This document shows, one piece after another, positions 42,833 to 51,892 of a stretch of DNA of 64,000 nucleotides. Numbering within the stretch: the first letter of the stretch is position 1; every line of letters starts with the position of its first letter. Source of the stretch: a virus; the IMG/VR virus record IMGVR_UViG_3300000271_000010, positions 8,958-72,957 of that record, one strand, 5' to 3'. The notes beneath the pieces are model-generated. The model was given only the letters and a program-made list of their open reading frames with translations. It searched no databases and had not been told where the DNA came from. A program made the position numbers and the translations under genes.

Positions 42833-43028
42833 GTGAGAATGTCGGTAGGGCGTAGTAAGACCGCCCGTCTCTCACCTGCTTGGTGATCTCTCCTTCCTGA
42901 ACCATCTCCATGAGGGGACCAGCCAGCCCTTCTCCGCCGCGTAGTGCGATGTCAGGATAGGTAGCTTCCCCACCCATGTGTTTGAGGACGGTCCGGATCG
43001 CCCGGCGATCGCGCTGGTTCTGATTCAT
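42807..43028 (-). CDS. Small winged-helix-like protein
   Basis: ATYPDIA...LMEMVQEGEITKQVRDGRSYYAL. Confidence 0.55.
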   Translation of the reverse strand: MNQNQRDRRAIRTVLKHMGGEATYPDIALRGGEGLAGPLMEMVQEGEITKQVRDGRSYYALPTFSLDEPEESS

Positions 43029-43396
43029 TCTTCCTCCGGCAGGCCGATCATGAATCTCAGATTGCTTACGATGTGCTTACGAAGAAGCTCGACAGGGCCT
43101 TGCTGGGTCTTCGTGAGGCCCCACGTTGTCACTGACTTGATCATCTCGATCACCGCGAGGATTGTGGCTTCATCAAGCTGGGAGGTGCCGGCCAGATAGT
43201 CCTCTGCCTGCTTGTTGAGATCATCCGCACCGCAGGAGCAATAAGGGGCTGGGAGTTCTAAATTTTCGTCCTCCTCGTCTTCCTCGTCGAAGATGTGTTC
43301 CCGTTCGAGGTTGCTTTCCCCAAACTCCGGGTCGAGATAGCAGCCTTCGTCGTGGTCGATCGGATAGGCAGCAGCGATAAGGTGCCGGGCAATCAT
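43025..43396 (-). CDS. Acidic hypothetical protein
   Basis: TGATG overlap. Confidence 0.65.
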   Translation of the reverse strand: MIARHLIAAAYPIDHDEGCYLDPEFGESNLEREHIFDEEDEEDENLELPAPYCSCGADDLNKQAEDYLAGTSQLDEATILAVIEMIKSVTTWGLTKTQQGPVELLRKHIVSNLRFMIGLPEEE

Positions 43397-43707
43397 CAGA
43401 GCGCCGCGATCATCTTCTGGACGAACACTTCGTATTCGCCTCGGCCGTAATCTAGCACTTCAATGAAGTCCTCGTCGGAATCGTCCTCGTCGATCTTGCC
43501 GGAAATACAGTGGTGCTGGATCAGAACGCCGGCGAGGACGCTGAACCACCCTGAGTTTCCGAATGGGTATTTACCAGAGAAGCTTTCGTTCCGTTCCCAC
43601 AGCGTGGAAAGCTGGAGCTTGAAGTAATCCCGGATCGTCATCATCGATCCGGAATCGCCGTCGTAGAACTTGAGATCGAGTGCATCGGCGGGTTGTAGCG
43701 CCATCAT
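43396..43707 (-). CDS. Conserved phage hypothetical protein
   Basis: TIRDYFK..L.TLW...ESFSGKYPFGNSGW motif. Confidence 0.7.
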   Translation of the reverse strand: MMALQPADALDLKFYDGDSGSMMTIRDYFKLQLSTLWERNESFSGKYPFGNSGWFSVLAGVLIQHHCISGKIDEDDSDEDFIEVLDYGRGEYEVFVQKMIAAL

Positions 43708-43716
43708 GAAAATCCC

Positions 43717-43959
43717 CTAGTTGAGAAGCCAGTCGAAGGTTTGATACGACCAGAACAAAGGCCAGAACATAGCCTTGATGGTGGAAGCGATCCCGGTCAT
43801 GTCTTGTCCGTTATGGGCAAACTCCGGTTGCGCTGCACAAGTGAATCCGAAGGTCAGGATTGCGATCCAGCAATAAGCCTTCATCTTAGACTTAAACGAC
43901 AAACCCTCGTAGCTGAACTGGAGGTCGTAACGCCACCAGTTGATGATGTCACGAATCAT
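43717..43959 (-). CDS. Small membrane protein, paralog of next gene
   Basis: TFG.. and WPLFW shared with 43949-44266. Confidence 0.65.
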   Translation of the reverse strand: MIRDIINWWRYDLQFSYEGLSFKSKMKAYCWIAILTFGFTCAAQPEFAHNGQDMTGIASTIKAMFWPLFWSYQTFDWLLN

Positions 43960-44266
43960 TGTCCATAACCTCCCATGTCCAATAAAGGGGCCAAGCTACC
44001 CCAGCCATAGTTGATTTAATAGCAGTCATGCCATTGTCTTCCTGTTTCGGAATACCTTCCTTTTCCTCTTCATAGGTCTGGTATCTATAGTCAGGATAAT
44101 TAGTCGCGCTATGTCCGAAGGTGTAGAGCCCGATCGCTGGATAGAGCCACCAGAGATAGACACGCTTCTCCCAGAGATCGCGACGGCTATAGAAGCGCCG
44201 ATGCGATCGATCGTCGCCGACGGCCGGATTCCCGGCCAACCAGTTCCAGACTTCCCGGATAATCAT
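43949..44266 (-). CDS. Small membrane protein
   Basis: YTFGHSA and WPLYW; ATGA overlap. Confidence 0.65.
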   Translation of the reverse strand: MIIREVWNWLAGNPAVGDDRSHRRFYSRRDLWEKRVYLWWLYPAIGLYTFGHSATNYPDYRYQTYEEEKEGIPKQEDNGMTAIKSTMAGVAWPLYWTWEVMDNDS

Positions 44267-44550
44267 ACGTTCTCCTCAGAGACGATTCCACAGTCTTCGA
44301 CTTCGACATCGTTTCGGATGAGCTTAATTCCCATCTCGTTTGCCGGACCGTAGCCTTCGATGAACTCCTTGGGGTTGAACTCCAGATCGATCACACCGCG
44401 AGCTTGTAATTGCGCGATGTGTTCGATGTGTTCGACCAGATCGTAGAATGGGAAGAAGCTCGCACGGAACTCTTCCATAAACTGCTCATCGAACTTGGTC
44501 TCGTCCACCGAAATTCGGAGCGTCTGAACGACCTGTGCTTCATAGATCAT
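44263..44550 (-). CDS. Hypothetical protein
   Basis: TGATG overlap. Confidence 0.7.
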   Translation of the reverse strand: MIYEAQVVQTLRISVDETKFDEQFMEEFRASFFPFYDLVEHIEHIAQLQARGVIDLEFNPKEFIEGYGPANEMGIKLIRNDVEVEDCGIVSEENV

Positions 44551-44753
44551 CAGTATTCGTCCTTTTCTCGTGCGTAACCGGCGGGTTCAATGTAAGCATC
44601 ATGCTGGGCGATCACCACATCGTGGAAAGTCAGCTTGACTTCCAAGCGATTCTCTGCTGAATAATAACACCATCCGGTGAAGTCGAGGTTCAGCTTGAGA
44701 CCTTCCATAAGTTCCCGAACCGTTAGTGGTTTGTCCAGATCGATCTCAGTCAT
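44550..44753 (-). CDS. Hypothetical protein
   Basis: ATGA overlap after GGAG. Confidence 0.6.
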   Translation of the reverse strand: MTEIDLDKPLTVRELMEGLKLNLDFTGWCYYSAENRLEVKLTFHDVVIAQHDAYIEPAGYAREKDEY

Positions 44754-45163
44754 AGATAACGCTCCCCTTTCAGAAGTTCGGCGACGTGTTCGGTAAACGC
44801 CTTGGCGTGACGATACATCGAAAAGAAGATCGACGGAACCCGATCTGCATTCCCCACTGGCGGGTATCCCCAACCGGGACAGTTTTCGTCGAGCCAACCG
44901 ATCCAATAGGGGCGAAGGCGATACATCGTCTTGTGAACCGTATAGCCACCAAATGTTCCGTCTGGGACTTTGACCGAATTGAACAACAACTGCTCAGCCG
45001 TCGAGCGGATGCCAGCGTGGAGCGTCGAATGATTATCGAAGTATAGCTCGGAGATGCTGACAAGGCAGGGAAAATCCCGCATGTCCCCATCTTCGTCTCG
45101 GTAGAAGTAGTTGTTTCCCCGGCCGATCGTCATGCCGTGTGATTTCTTGATATATTGGCTCAT
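44750..45163 (-). CDS. Hypothetical protein
   Basis: ATGA overlap. Confidence 0.65.
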   Translation of the reverse strand: MSQYIKKSHGMTIGRGNNYFYRDEDGDMRDFPCLVSISELYFDNHSTLHAGIRSTAEQLLFNSVKVPDGTFGGYTVHKTMYRLRPYWIGWLDENCPGWGYPPVGNADRVPSIFFSMYRHAKAFTEHVAELLKGERYL

Positions 45164-45546
45164 AAAATCATACCTACCGTGTCCACGATCACATCCATTT
45201 GCTTGATCTCAGAAGCGTTAAACCCGCCCGCTGACTTGCTGTCAGTTGTGTCTTTCCCGTTGGTTAACCAAGCACACGTCTGATCCATGGTGTTCATTGC
45301 CATACGAAAACCATGGGGAGATTTACCACACAACGCGATGTAGAACGACTTTCGATCCAACTTCTTGAGCTTAGCGGCTCTATTTACGAGCTTCCAGACC
45401 AACCAAGCGTTGAATCCGCTCGGCTGCATCAACCCCTTGTCCATTACGAATGCCGAGAAGAATATCTTTTGACGATCCGTAAGGGATTGAATCTTCAACT
45501 TCAAAAGCTCAAGAGAAGCTAGGTCGGTATAGTCAGTATGAATCAT
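45160..45546 (-). CDS. Hypothetical protein (start uncertain)
   Basis: Open frame; AT-richer. Confidence 0.55.
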   Translation of the reverse strand: MIHTDYTDLASLELLKLKIQSLTDRQKIFFSAFVMDKGLMQPSGFNAWLVWKLVNRAAKLKKLDRKSFYIALCGKSPHGFRMAMNTMDQTCAWLTNGKDTTDSKSAGGFNASEIKQMDVIVDTVGMIL

Positions 45547-45568
45547 CCGGTTGGGATTGGTGCTGGAA

Positions 45569-45808
45569 TTAACCATCCTCATCTTCCTTGAGCCAGACAG
45601 TAACAATCATCCCCGACTTAGAGTTACCCTCATTCACCCCGAATCCCTTACGCACTTCGTAGTGAACCGAATCGACGATACCAGAGAACTCAATGTCATG
45701 CAGCCGCCCAGACCGACAAGTAACCTGCTCGCCGGCGCGGGGGACATTATCGGAATATGCCTGCCATTCGTGGTTCCCGCATGGGCTTACGATAATGACT
45801 TTGTTCAT
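45569..45808 (-). CDS. Hypothetical protein
   Basis: TAATG overlap after AGGAGG. Confidence 0.6.
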   Translation of the reverse strand: MNKVIIVSPCGNHEWQAYSDNVPRAGEQVTCRSGRLHDIEFSGIVDSVHYEVRKGFGVNEGNSKSGMIVTVWLKEDEDG

Positions 45809-46353
45809 TATTCATAAACCTCCTGCATAAGGAACTGCTTGATTCGTTCGTCGGCCGCCATCATCTTACCCATACTGTTTTTTACAATCATGGTTGATCC
45901 CGGCCAATAGCTGGTTCCCGCTCCGTGATAAGCCTGTAATGAGCCTTCATCAATGGCTTTGCTGATCAGGTCAGCCATGGTTACGGGTGGTTTCTCGTGC
46001 TGTTCGATCAATTTCGAAGCCACCAACAAAGCTCGCTTAGTGGCTGAGGTCATAGGTCCGTCGGGATCGTGGTGGGCTCGCTTGCAAGCTCGCTTCCATG
46101 CCCATGTCATGACCACTGGAAGCTCGGATGAGCTATGTTCTCCGCAGTCACAGCCCTCGTCTGCAATCTCTACGGGGGCATTGGAAGCTTCCTGCTCCAT
46201 CCAATCCAGATGTTCCGCCATTCGCAAGATTGCGACCGCGTATGAGTCAGTTACTGGTTGTTTGATGACCTGTGCCACGGTCCAGCCTGCTCCAAGAATA
46301 TTGATAACACGTTGGATCGTATCATGGTTGGGGATTTCTTTAGGCAAGTTCAT
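45808..46353 (-). CDS. Hypothetical protein
   Basis: SD GGAGA. Confidence 0.65.
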   Translation of the reverse strand: MNLPKEIPNHDTIQRVINILGAGWTVAQVIKQPVTDSYAVAILRMAEHLDWMEQEASNAPVEIADEGCDCGEHSSSELPVVMTWAWKRACKRAHHDPDGPMTSATKRALLVASKLIEQHEKPPVTMADLISKAIDEGSLQAYHGAGTSYWPGSTMIVKNSMGKMMAADERIKQFLMQEVYE

Positions 46354-46457
46354 CAGTTTCTCCGAGTTCTTCTTCCAGCCAACGTTCCAGACGAAGCTCG
46401 GCTAGGTAATCAGCGGTTTTCGCATTGAAGCGATCGAGATATTTTTCAGGTGGGAAT

Positions 46458-46886
46458 CTACTCACCGAAGAGCGCCTTGTTGATAGCTCGCCGGGCGGCT
46501 TCCCACTCGGGCGGGTCCTTCCACTCAGGCTTTCCGCCTTCGTCGTCAGCCCACATGGCTCCGCATTGATCGCAGATTTCCCAAAGAACGCCGCCACGGT
46601 GCGTGTCTTCGTGCTGGCAGGTGTTACCCTCATCGCGGCGCAGAAGGCCCTCCAGTGCGTCGAGCAGTTCACGAGACGCCGCCATGAGGCGAGCATCACC
46701 TTCCGCGTTCGGGCCGGGGATAATGCCCTCACAACCAACCACGCATTCTTTCTCGGACACAATGTCCCAGCCGGCGAGGTATTCTTCACCTTCGTCAAAG
46801 TCTACCATCCAATACCGGCGCTCTACCGGACGCATATCAGGGACAGGCCGCCACGGGCCGTCGGTGATCGGAAGACGCTCAGCCAC
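46458..46886 (-). CDS. Phage protein of TPGPW...ARLIAA type with CxH/CxxC insert
   Basis: TDGPW, DARLMAASRELLDAL, CQH...CDQCG; GTG after AAGGAG. Confidence 0.65.
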   Translation of the reverse strand: MAERLPITDGPWRPVPDMRPVERRYWMVDFDEGEEYLAGWDIVSEKECVVGCEGIIPGPNAEGDARLMAASRELLDALEGLLRRDEGNTCQHEDTHRGGVLWEICDQCGAMWADDEGGKPEWKDPPEWEAARRAINKALFGE

Positions 46887-47181
46887 CGTGGGAATCTCCT
46901 TGGTGAAGTCCGTTCTGGAACAGGAGTGTTGCAGCGGTGATTTGCTCACCATCTCGGTCCTTGACGCTGTAAGCGCCGGCGCGGGTGTCGAGAAACAAGG
47001 TGACATATTTGCACCGCGTGTTGCGGGTCCACGTCCATCTACCAGCATTCACATCCGCGATCCACGCCGCAATGATCGACATGGGAATCAGGAAGCGTTT
47101 CGGAAGCTCCGGAAGGTTATCAGCAACCGCCGGGCAGTTAATCGTCCCCGGCTGGCCGTGTGGGCACAGACCGCCGCTCAT
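46879..47181 (-). CDS. Hypothetical protein
   Basis: ATGA overlap. Confidence 0.55.
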   Translation of the reverse strand: MSGGLCPHGQPGTINCPAVADNLPELPKRFLIPMSIIAAWIADVNAGRWTWTRNTRCKYVTLFLDTRAGAYSVKDRDGEQITAATLLFQNGLHQGDSHGG

Positions 47182-47390
47182 ACCGGGTTCACAATTTGCG
47201 CAAGGATGAAGCACGACACGATGACCTGAGTGCCGAGGGCAAGGCTCAGGATGGCGCGGCGGCTCGGAGGTGTGACTTTCCACCAAGCACGCGGATCGTC
47301 AGTGAGAACCATACGCAGTGAAAGCGTGATGACGCCGATCATGCACAGCAAGACCAAAAAGCGGGCGAGCATGTCGATGGTCATTTCCAT
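47178..47390 (-). CDS. Small 2-TM membrane protein
   Basis: Two hydrophobic helices. Confidence 0.65.
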   Translation of the reverse strand: MEMTIDMLARFLVLLCMIGVITLSLRMVLTDDPRAWWKVTPPSRRAILSLALGTQVIVSCFILAQIVNPV

Positions 47391-47391
47391 C

Positions 47392-47580
47392 TCAGATGTC
47401 CCAGAGGCCGGCGATCATAGCGACCACAATAGCTGCTATCGTGACCAGCATCAGAAAGCCGCCTACCAATGGGTAATTTTCGCTCCGGTTGGTGTAGCGG
47501 TTGTCCTTGTCGGCAACCATCATGACCCAAGCAGTCACGCCGCAGAGGATGGCAACGGTGAGGGCAATCTTGATCGTCAT
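47392..47580 (-). CDS. Small 2-TM membrane protein
   Basis: SD AGGAGA; first gene after cassette. Confidence 0.7.
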   Translation of the reverse strand: MTIKIALTVAILCGVTAWVMMVADKDNRYTNRSENYPLVGGFLMLVTIAAIVVAMIAGLWDI

Positions 47581-47608
47581 GTTTAGCTGTCTCCTGTTGT
47601 GTGTGACT

Positions 47609-47637
47609 GGCGTAGGACGATTCTTCCGGGTCGTCAA
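47609..47637 (-). promoter_or_regulatory. Repeated boxed promoter cassette
   Basis: TTGACG-ACCC-GGAAGAATCGTCC-TACGC. Confidence 0.85.
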
Positions 47638-47640
47638 CTG

Positions 47641-47859
47641 CTATTCTGACAGATAGCCCATCAGCCGAGATACCGCCCCGTTCCATGTCTTGGAGGCTAC
47701 CTCAGCCTCGCCATCGATGTAGAATGCGAACGAGCCACCCGGCTGGCGAGCAGTGGTGATCGTCTTGTCCCCCACCCGCGCTTCGAGAAACAAACCTTTC
47801 CGGCCAGTGATCTCCACGCTCGCCGGTGGGTGTGGGTTAAGGTTAATGTGACGGGACAT
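47641..47859 (-). CDS. Hypothetical protein
   Basis: ATG after GAGGA. Confidence 0.65.
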   Translation of the reverse strand: MSRHINLNPHPPASVEITGRKGLFLEARVGDKTITTARQPGGSFAFYIDGEAEVASKTWNGAVSRLMGYLSE

Positions 47860-47867
47860 AAATTTCC

Positions 47868-48065
47868 TCAGTGTGGGTCTTCCAAGGCGTTCCGGATCGC
47901 CGCGATGCTACCGTAGAGCGCCTGCATCTCGTAATACGTGTCCTTGTCGTAGGTGTTTCCACAGTCACCGCAGGCCAAAAGCTGGTCGTATTCTTCGATT
48001 GCTGCGGTGATGGCTGGGAGATGTTTTTCGACGGCTTCCCGGAGGGAATCAGTTGAGGTATTCAT
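47868..48065 (-). CDS. Hypothetical protein
   Basis: ATG after GGAGA. Confidence 0.6.
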   Translation of the reverse strand: MNTSTDSLREAVEKHLPAITAAIEEYDQLLACGDCGNTYDKDTYYEMQALYGSIAAIRNALEDPH

Positions 48066-48081
48066 AGCGGTCTCCGTGGTG

Positions 48082-49347
48082 TTAGGTGGGCTTGATGATG
48101 CATGTCCCACCTATGTAAGGGACAAGAACAGGTGGGATCATGATCGAGCCATCTTCCATCTGATAGTTCTCCATGATCGCAGCAACGGTCCGGCCGACGG
48201 CCAGCCCAGACGCGTTGAGGGTGTGGACGAACTTGGCTTTGTCCTTGTGATGAGCCTTGTAGCGTGTGTGCATCCGACGGGCTTGGAAGTCACCGCAGTT
48301 CGAGCAGGATGCGACTTCAAGCCAGCGTCCCATACCCGGCATCCATACTTCCAGATCGTTGGTGATCCGGGCCCCGAAGCCGGTATCACCAGCACATAGG
48401 ATCAGCCGGCGATAGCGCAGTTCCAACAGGTCCAGAATGCTTTCCGCCGCTCCCACCAAGCGCTCCAGTTCGTAGGCGCTCTTTTCCGGTGTGGTGATGC
48501 TGACAAGTTCGCACTTCTCGAACTGGTGCTGGCGGATCAATCCTTGGCTATCTCGGCCCGCCGCTCCTGCTTCCAAGCGGAAGCAAGTAGTCAGGGCCGT
48601 CATTCGAATAGGCAAAGCTTCTTCGGAGAGTATCGTCCCCATGACACTGGCAGTCAGAGGCACCTCGCCGGTAGGGATCAGCCAGTGCCCGGTCGTCGTC
48701 CGGAAGCTATCGTTGGCGAACTTGGGGAGCTTGTCCGTGCCAAACATTGCATCTTCCTTCACCAAGACAGGAGGCACACACTCCACAAAACCATTCAGCT
48801 TGGTATGAGTGTCAAGCATGAACTGCCCTACCGCGCGATGAAGCCGCGCTATGTCGCCGCGAAGGAAGGTAAAACGCGAGCCGGACAGCATGACGCCAGT
48901 TGGCGAATCAAGGCCCAGCCTGATTCCCAGTTCGGCGTGATGCTTCGGCTTGTAGTCGAACAACCGCGTAGCCCCGGCTGTCGCCCGTAGGAAGTTGTCT
49001 TCTTCCGTAGCTCCTTCTGGGACAGCTTCATCCAGAATATTGGGAAGCTCCCACAGAATTTGGTTGAGGTCCGCGTCGTAGTCGTCGGCCAACTCCCGCT
49101 CGGCGGTTATCTTAGTGTTGAGATCGCGCACCTTTGCCTTGGCGATTTCCTCCCAGTCCGATCCGCCAGCGCCGATTTCCTTGCTGATCCGGTTGCGATC
49201 GGTGAGAATTTCTTGAGCGCGTGCCTTGTGATGGCGAACGTATTCGTCCAGCGACAGGATTTCGGACGACACAGGCGGAAGTCCGCGCCGCGCCATCTGG
49301 CGATCGAACTCAGCCGGGTCAGCCCGGATCATGCGAATGTCATGCAT
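48082..49347 (-). CDS. serS: Seryl-tRNA synthetase (full length, 421 aa)
   Basis: N-terminal coiled-coil arm (MHDIRMIR...), LIPTGEVP, CFRLEAG, RQHQFEKCE (motif 2), DLEVW, SCSNCGDFQARR, HTLNASGLAVGR (motif 3), ENYQ. Confidence 0.95.
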   Translation of the reverse strand: MHDIRMIRADPAEFDRQMARRGLPPVSSEILSLDEYVRHHKARAQEILTDRNRISKEIGAGGSDWEEIAKAKVRDLNTKITAERELADDYDADLNQILWELPNILDEAVPEGATEEDNFLRATAGATRLFDYKPKHHAELGIRLGLDSPTGVMLSGSRFTFLRGDIARLHRAVGQFMLDTHTKLNGFVECVPPVLVKEDAMFGTDKLPKFANDSFRTTTGHWLIPTGEVPLTASVMGTILSEEALPIRMTALTTCFRLEAGAAGRDSQGLIRQHQFEKCELVSITTPEKSAYELERLVGAAESILDLLELRYRRLILCAGDTGFGARITNDLEVWMPGMGRWLEVASCSNCGDFQARRMHTRYKAHHKDKAKFVHTLNASGLAVGRTVAAIMENYQMEDGSIMIPPVLVPYIGGTCIIKPT

Positions 49348-49628
49348 CAGTCGAGATTCCGTCCGAGAGGGTTATGTTCGAAGACGTGCCAGACGTAGCC
49401 ACCATCATGGATCGTGCCGTGGAAGTGGTGGGTGTTGGGAACATCTTCACCAGTGGCGAACACTTCAAAAGTCCGATCCTCCACTTCACCACCGTGTTGC
49501 GGAGTCAAGGCCCATAGCGAGTGCCGTTCGTTCGGGTCGAGACCGACATGCATGATCCGACAACCGACCGGCATCTGAATAGTGGACAGGCTGCTGATAT
49601 AGTGTTTGAGGATGCGGTGAGGAATCAT
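49347..49628 (-). CDS. Conserved phage hypothetical protein
   Basis: LWAL...RTFEVFATG...GTI...YVWHVFE motif; ATGA overlap. Confidence 0.75.
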   Translation of the reverse strand: MIPHRILKHYISSLSTIQMPVGCRIMHVGLDPNERHSLWALTPQHGGEVEDRTFEVFATGEDVPNTHHFHGTIHDGGYVWHVFEHNPLGRNLD

Positions 49629-49906
49629 TCTTCGGGCTCCCAGTCTTCGATGTTGTCGCCCGTTTCCGGGTCTTCCCACTCCAGCCACTGACCATCTTCG
49701 AAGACTTCGAGGCCGCCGGCGTTGGAGTAGTCGGGTTTGATGTTGTTCCTGTATTGAAACTGATCGTAATAGGCTAGGGTGCCTATCAGCTTTTGTGCTT
49801 CCCTAGGGGAATCCACTGGAGAGTAAAACACATCCCCTGTGGTGACTTGAGGCATCCACCAGACGCGTAGATCACCATTCTTCAAGTGCTTCATGAAGTA
49901 GGCCAT
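49625..49906 (-). CDS. P22 gp17-like protein
   Basis: LRVWWMPQV...LAYYDQFQYRNNIKPDYSNAGGLE closely matches recalled P22 gp17 motif. Confidence 0.78.
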   Translation of the reverse strand: MAYFMKHLKNGDLRVWWMPQVTTGDVFYSPVDSPREAQKLIGTLAYYDQFQYRNNIKPDYSNAGGLEVFEDGQWLEWEDPETGDNIEDWEPEE

Positions 49907-49907
49907 A

Positions 49908-50165
49908 TCAATGAAGCTCCACAAGCCAGTCGAAGACTTCATCAGTATCGTCGGCGTCTTCACAGTCGATCGTGATGGTCGTTCCGGTCCGGCCGATAAA
50001 CAGCGCTTGCTCCGTGAATTGTGCGGGGATGTCAGGAGTCCCACGCTGCTTTACACAATAGGCATTCAGGATTTGGGCGGCTTCCCACATCCCCCGGCCC
50101 CGGCAGTCCGAGTCGTCAGCGAGCGCCTTTGCGATGGCTGTGATGGCTTCGTGAGCGTCCTTCAT
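49908..50165 (-). CDS. Hypothetical protein
   Basis: SD AAGGA. Confidence 0.6.
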   Translation of the reverse strand: MKDAHEAITAIAKALADDSDCRGRGMWEAAQILNAYCVKQRGTPDIPAQFTEQALFIGRTGTTITIDCEDADDTDEVFDWLVELH

Positions 50166-50172
50166 GATTTCC

Positions 50173-50292
50173 TTACCAGATTTGATCGAGCATACAGGCG
50201 GCGATGCCGACGAACACACCAAGAACATACCAAGCGAAGATGTGGCCTCGCGTTGTGCGGACGATCTCACCGGCCCAGTCAAAAATGTTCAC
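50173..50292 (-). CDS. 39-aa single-TM peptide
   Basis: GTG after GAGGA; ...HIFAWYVLGVFVGIAACMLDQIW*. Confidence 0.5.
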   Translation of the reverse strand: MNIFDWAGEIVRTTRGHIFAWYVLGVFVGIAACMLDQIW

Positions 50293-50591
50293 AATTCCTC
50301 CATCAGCTTCTGCCGCACCCACGCGAGGCGCTTCGGGTTTTCGTGAACCAGACGGAGATCGGATTCTTCGAAATAATCCCGTTTACCGTTGAAAGGCATA
50401 TCGCAATCATGCTCGAACTCCTCCATGAAGAGTTCTTCCAGTTCGTAAGAGATAGCTGCCGAACGCTTGCGAGCATGAAAACACAGCCCAAACCGACGGC
50501 TGAAACCGCCCGCGTAGACATCCCCTTCGGGAGCCCCGCTGGTAGCCCAGTTGTGCCAGTCGGCGAGGAAGGTGCTGAGAGCGGGGCTCAT
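50289..50591 (-). CDS. Hypothetical protein
   Basis: ATGA overlap. Confidence 0.65.
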   Translation of the reverse strand: MSPALSTFLADWHNWATSGAPEGDVYAGGFSRRFGLCFHARKRSAAISYELEELFMEEFEHDCDMPFNGKRDYFEESDLRLVHENPKRLAWVRQKLMEEL

Positions 50592-50992
50592 GCGCCGACG
50601 CTCTCGGGCGGCGTGTAAATCAGGCTGAATTGTCGAGCAACCTTCATCGCACCATTTTCCACCTCAGGGAGATAACCATCAGGGTTGTTGATGTCGCACT
50701 GGATGCTGGGGAAGTCGTGTAATTCCTTCTGACAGGTCCGCAGGAATCCTACGTCCACGGAGCGGACCACACCTAGTGTCTCCGCAATCTCTTCGAAGCA
50801 GCTACCATCCTCGAATTTCGGCTGATAGATTTCGTCCGGGATGAGAATGCCGACAGCGCATTTGAGTCCGCCGGGAGTGCGATACCGGCAAGAACCAAAC
50901 TCGGTCGTCGCGGGGACTTGCTGTTCCCGGAGGTGTTTCAACATGGTGTCAAACACCTTCTGGCGGTCGAAATTAGCGAGGGGGCCGGTCAT
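50588..50992 (-). CDS. Family A paralog (A4)
   Basis: QKVFDTMLKHLREQ..P...CRYR...GLKCAVGILIPD...FL...Q..LHD. Confidence 0.8.
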   Translation of the reverse strand: MTGPLANFDRQKVFDTMLKHLREQQVPATTEFGSCRYRTPGGLKCAVGILIPDEIYQPKFEDGSCFEEIAETLGVVRSVDVGFLRTCQKELHDFPSIQCDINNPDGYLPEVENGAMKVARQFSLIYTPPESVGA

Positions 50993-51318
50993 GCTGTGAC
51001 TTCCTCAATCAGATGTTCAGTCGCATCCTTGATGCCCGGCTCTTCGGCTGGCACGCCGAACTTGCCTTCCATCTTCATGACGATGAACTTCTGGCCGGGG
51101 TTCTTGAGCGCCAGCCGCTCAGCTTCCGCCATGGCGAGTTCGCGGGCCGGGTGGTAGAACTGAGGCCGGCGGCCGAACTTGGTCCAGATACACCACGAGC
51201 CGATCTCTTCGAAGGCGGCGCGGGGAGGGCTTGCCATCTCGTCGTTCGACGTAAGCCCCTTACCCATGATGATCATGCCTGCTTCATTTTCGGTCTTGGT
51301 AGGAATGTAGTCGGTCAC
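50989..51318 (-). CDS. Hypothetical protein
   Basis: AMAEAERLA.KNPG.KF motif. Confidence 0.7.
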   Translation of the reverse strand: MTDYIPTKTENEAGMIIMGKGLTSNDEMASPPRAAFEEIGSWCIWTKFGRRPQFYHPARELAMAEAERLALKNPGQKFIVMKMEGKFGVPAEEPGIKDATEHLIEEVTA

Positions 51319-51605
51319 AGTTTCATCTCCTTTTGAGGGTTGTCGATTTCAGCGAGGAAGTCCTTGATGGCCCGTCCAATACCGCGAAGACGCGGGAGTT
51401 CCGTCAGATCACCAGCCCGCTCGGCCCGCTCGATTTCCTCTTGGAAGATTTCGAGCCCATGACGCTTGATTAGGATAAAACCAGCAGCCCGGTCAGAATC
51501 TGCAACGGCTTGTGCCAACCTGTTTTCGAAGTCGCCGCAGTTGCCTTCGACGCCATAGGAAAAAGCGATCGCGTTCGCTCGACGTTGCTTGATGCTATCT
51601 TCCAT
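51315..51605 (-). CDS. Hypothetical protein
   Basis: TGATG overlap. Confidence 0.65.
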   Translation of the reverse strand: MEDSIKQRRANAIAFSYGVEGNCGDFENRLAQAVADSDRAAGFILIKRHGLEIFQEEIERAERAGDLTELPRLRGIGRAIKDFLAEIDNPQKEMKL

Positions 51606-51892
51606 CAGAACTTCCGCTTAGCATTGATGAGAGACACCTTGGTGCCCGGTTGGAGAAGTGTGGCGGCGTGCCCTTCAACTTCGCAGACACGGATCAGGCC
51701 AGAGACTTCGACTAGGATCATGGTGCCCTTCTTCACGAAGTCAGGTCCTCGGAAGCCGGGGTAGGTTTCCGTCCATTCGGTAGCGGCTCTGATGACACCT
51801 GTTTCTTTAGGAGTCATGCATTTCGTAGGGATCGGTTCTTTGGCGCAAGCGGACAGGCCGAGGATCGCCGACAGAACGATGAGGCGATTCAT
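51605..51892 (-). CDS. Small lipoprotein
   Basis: MNRLIVLSAILGLSAC lipobox. Confidence 0.72.
   Translation of the reverse strand: MNRLIVLSAILGLSACAKEPIPTKCMTPKETGVIRAATEWTETYPGFRGPDFVKKGTMILVEVSGLIRVCEVEGHAATLLQPGTKVSLINAKRKF

Noticed and set aside
46340-46798. 152-aa ORF from the track
   Set aside because: Overlaps the better-supported 46458-46886 gene; at most a 41-aa GTG-started tail (46340-46465) is plausible and was left uncalled.
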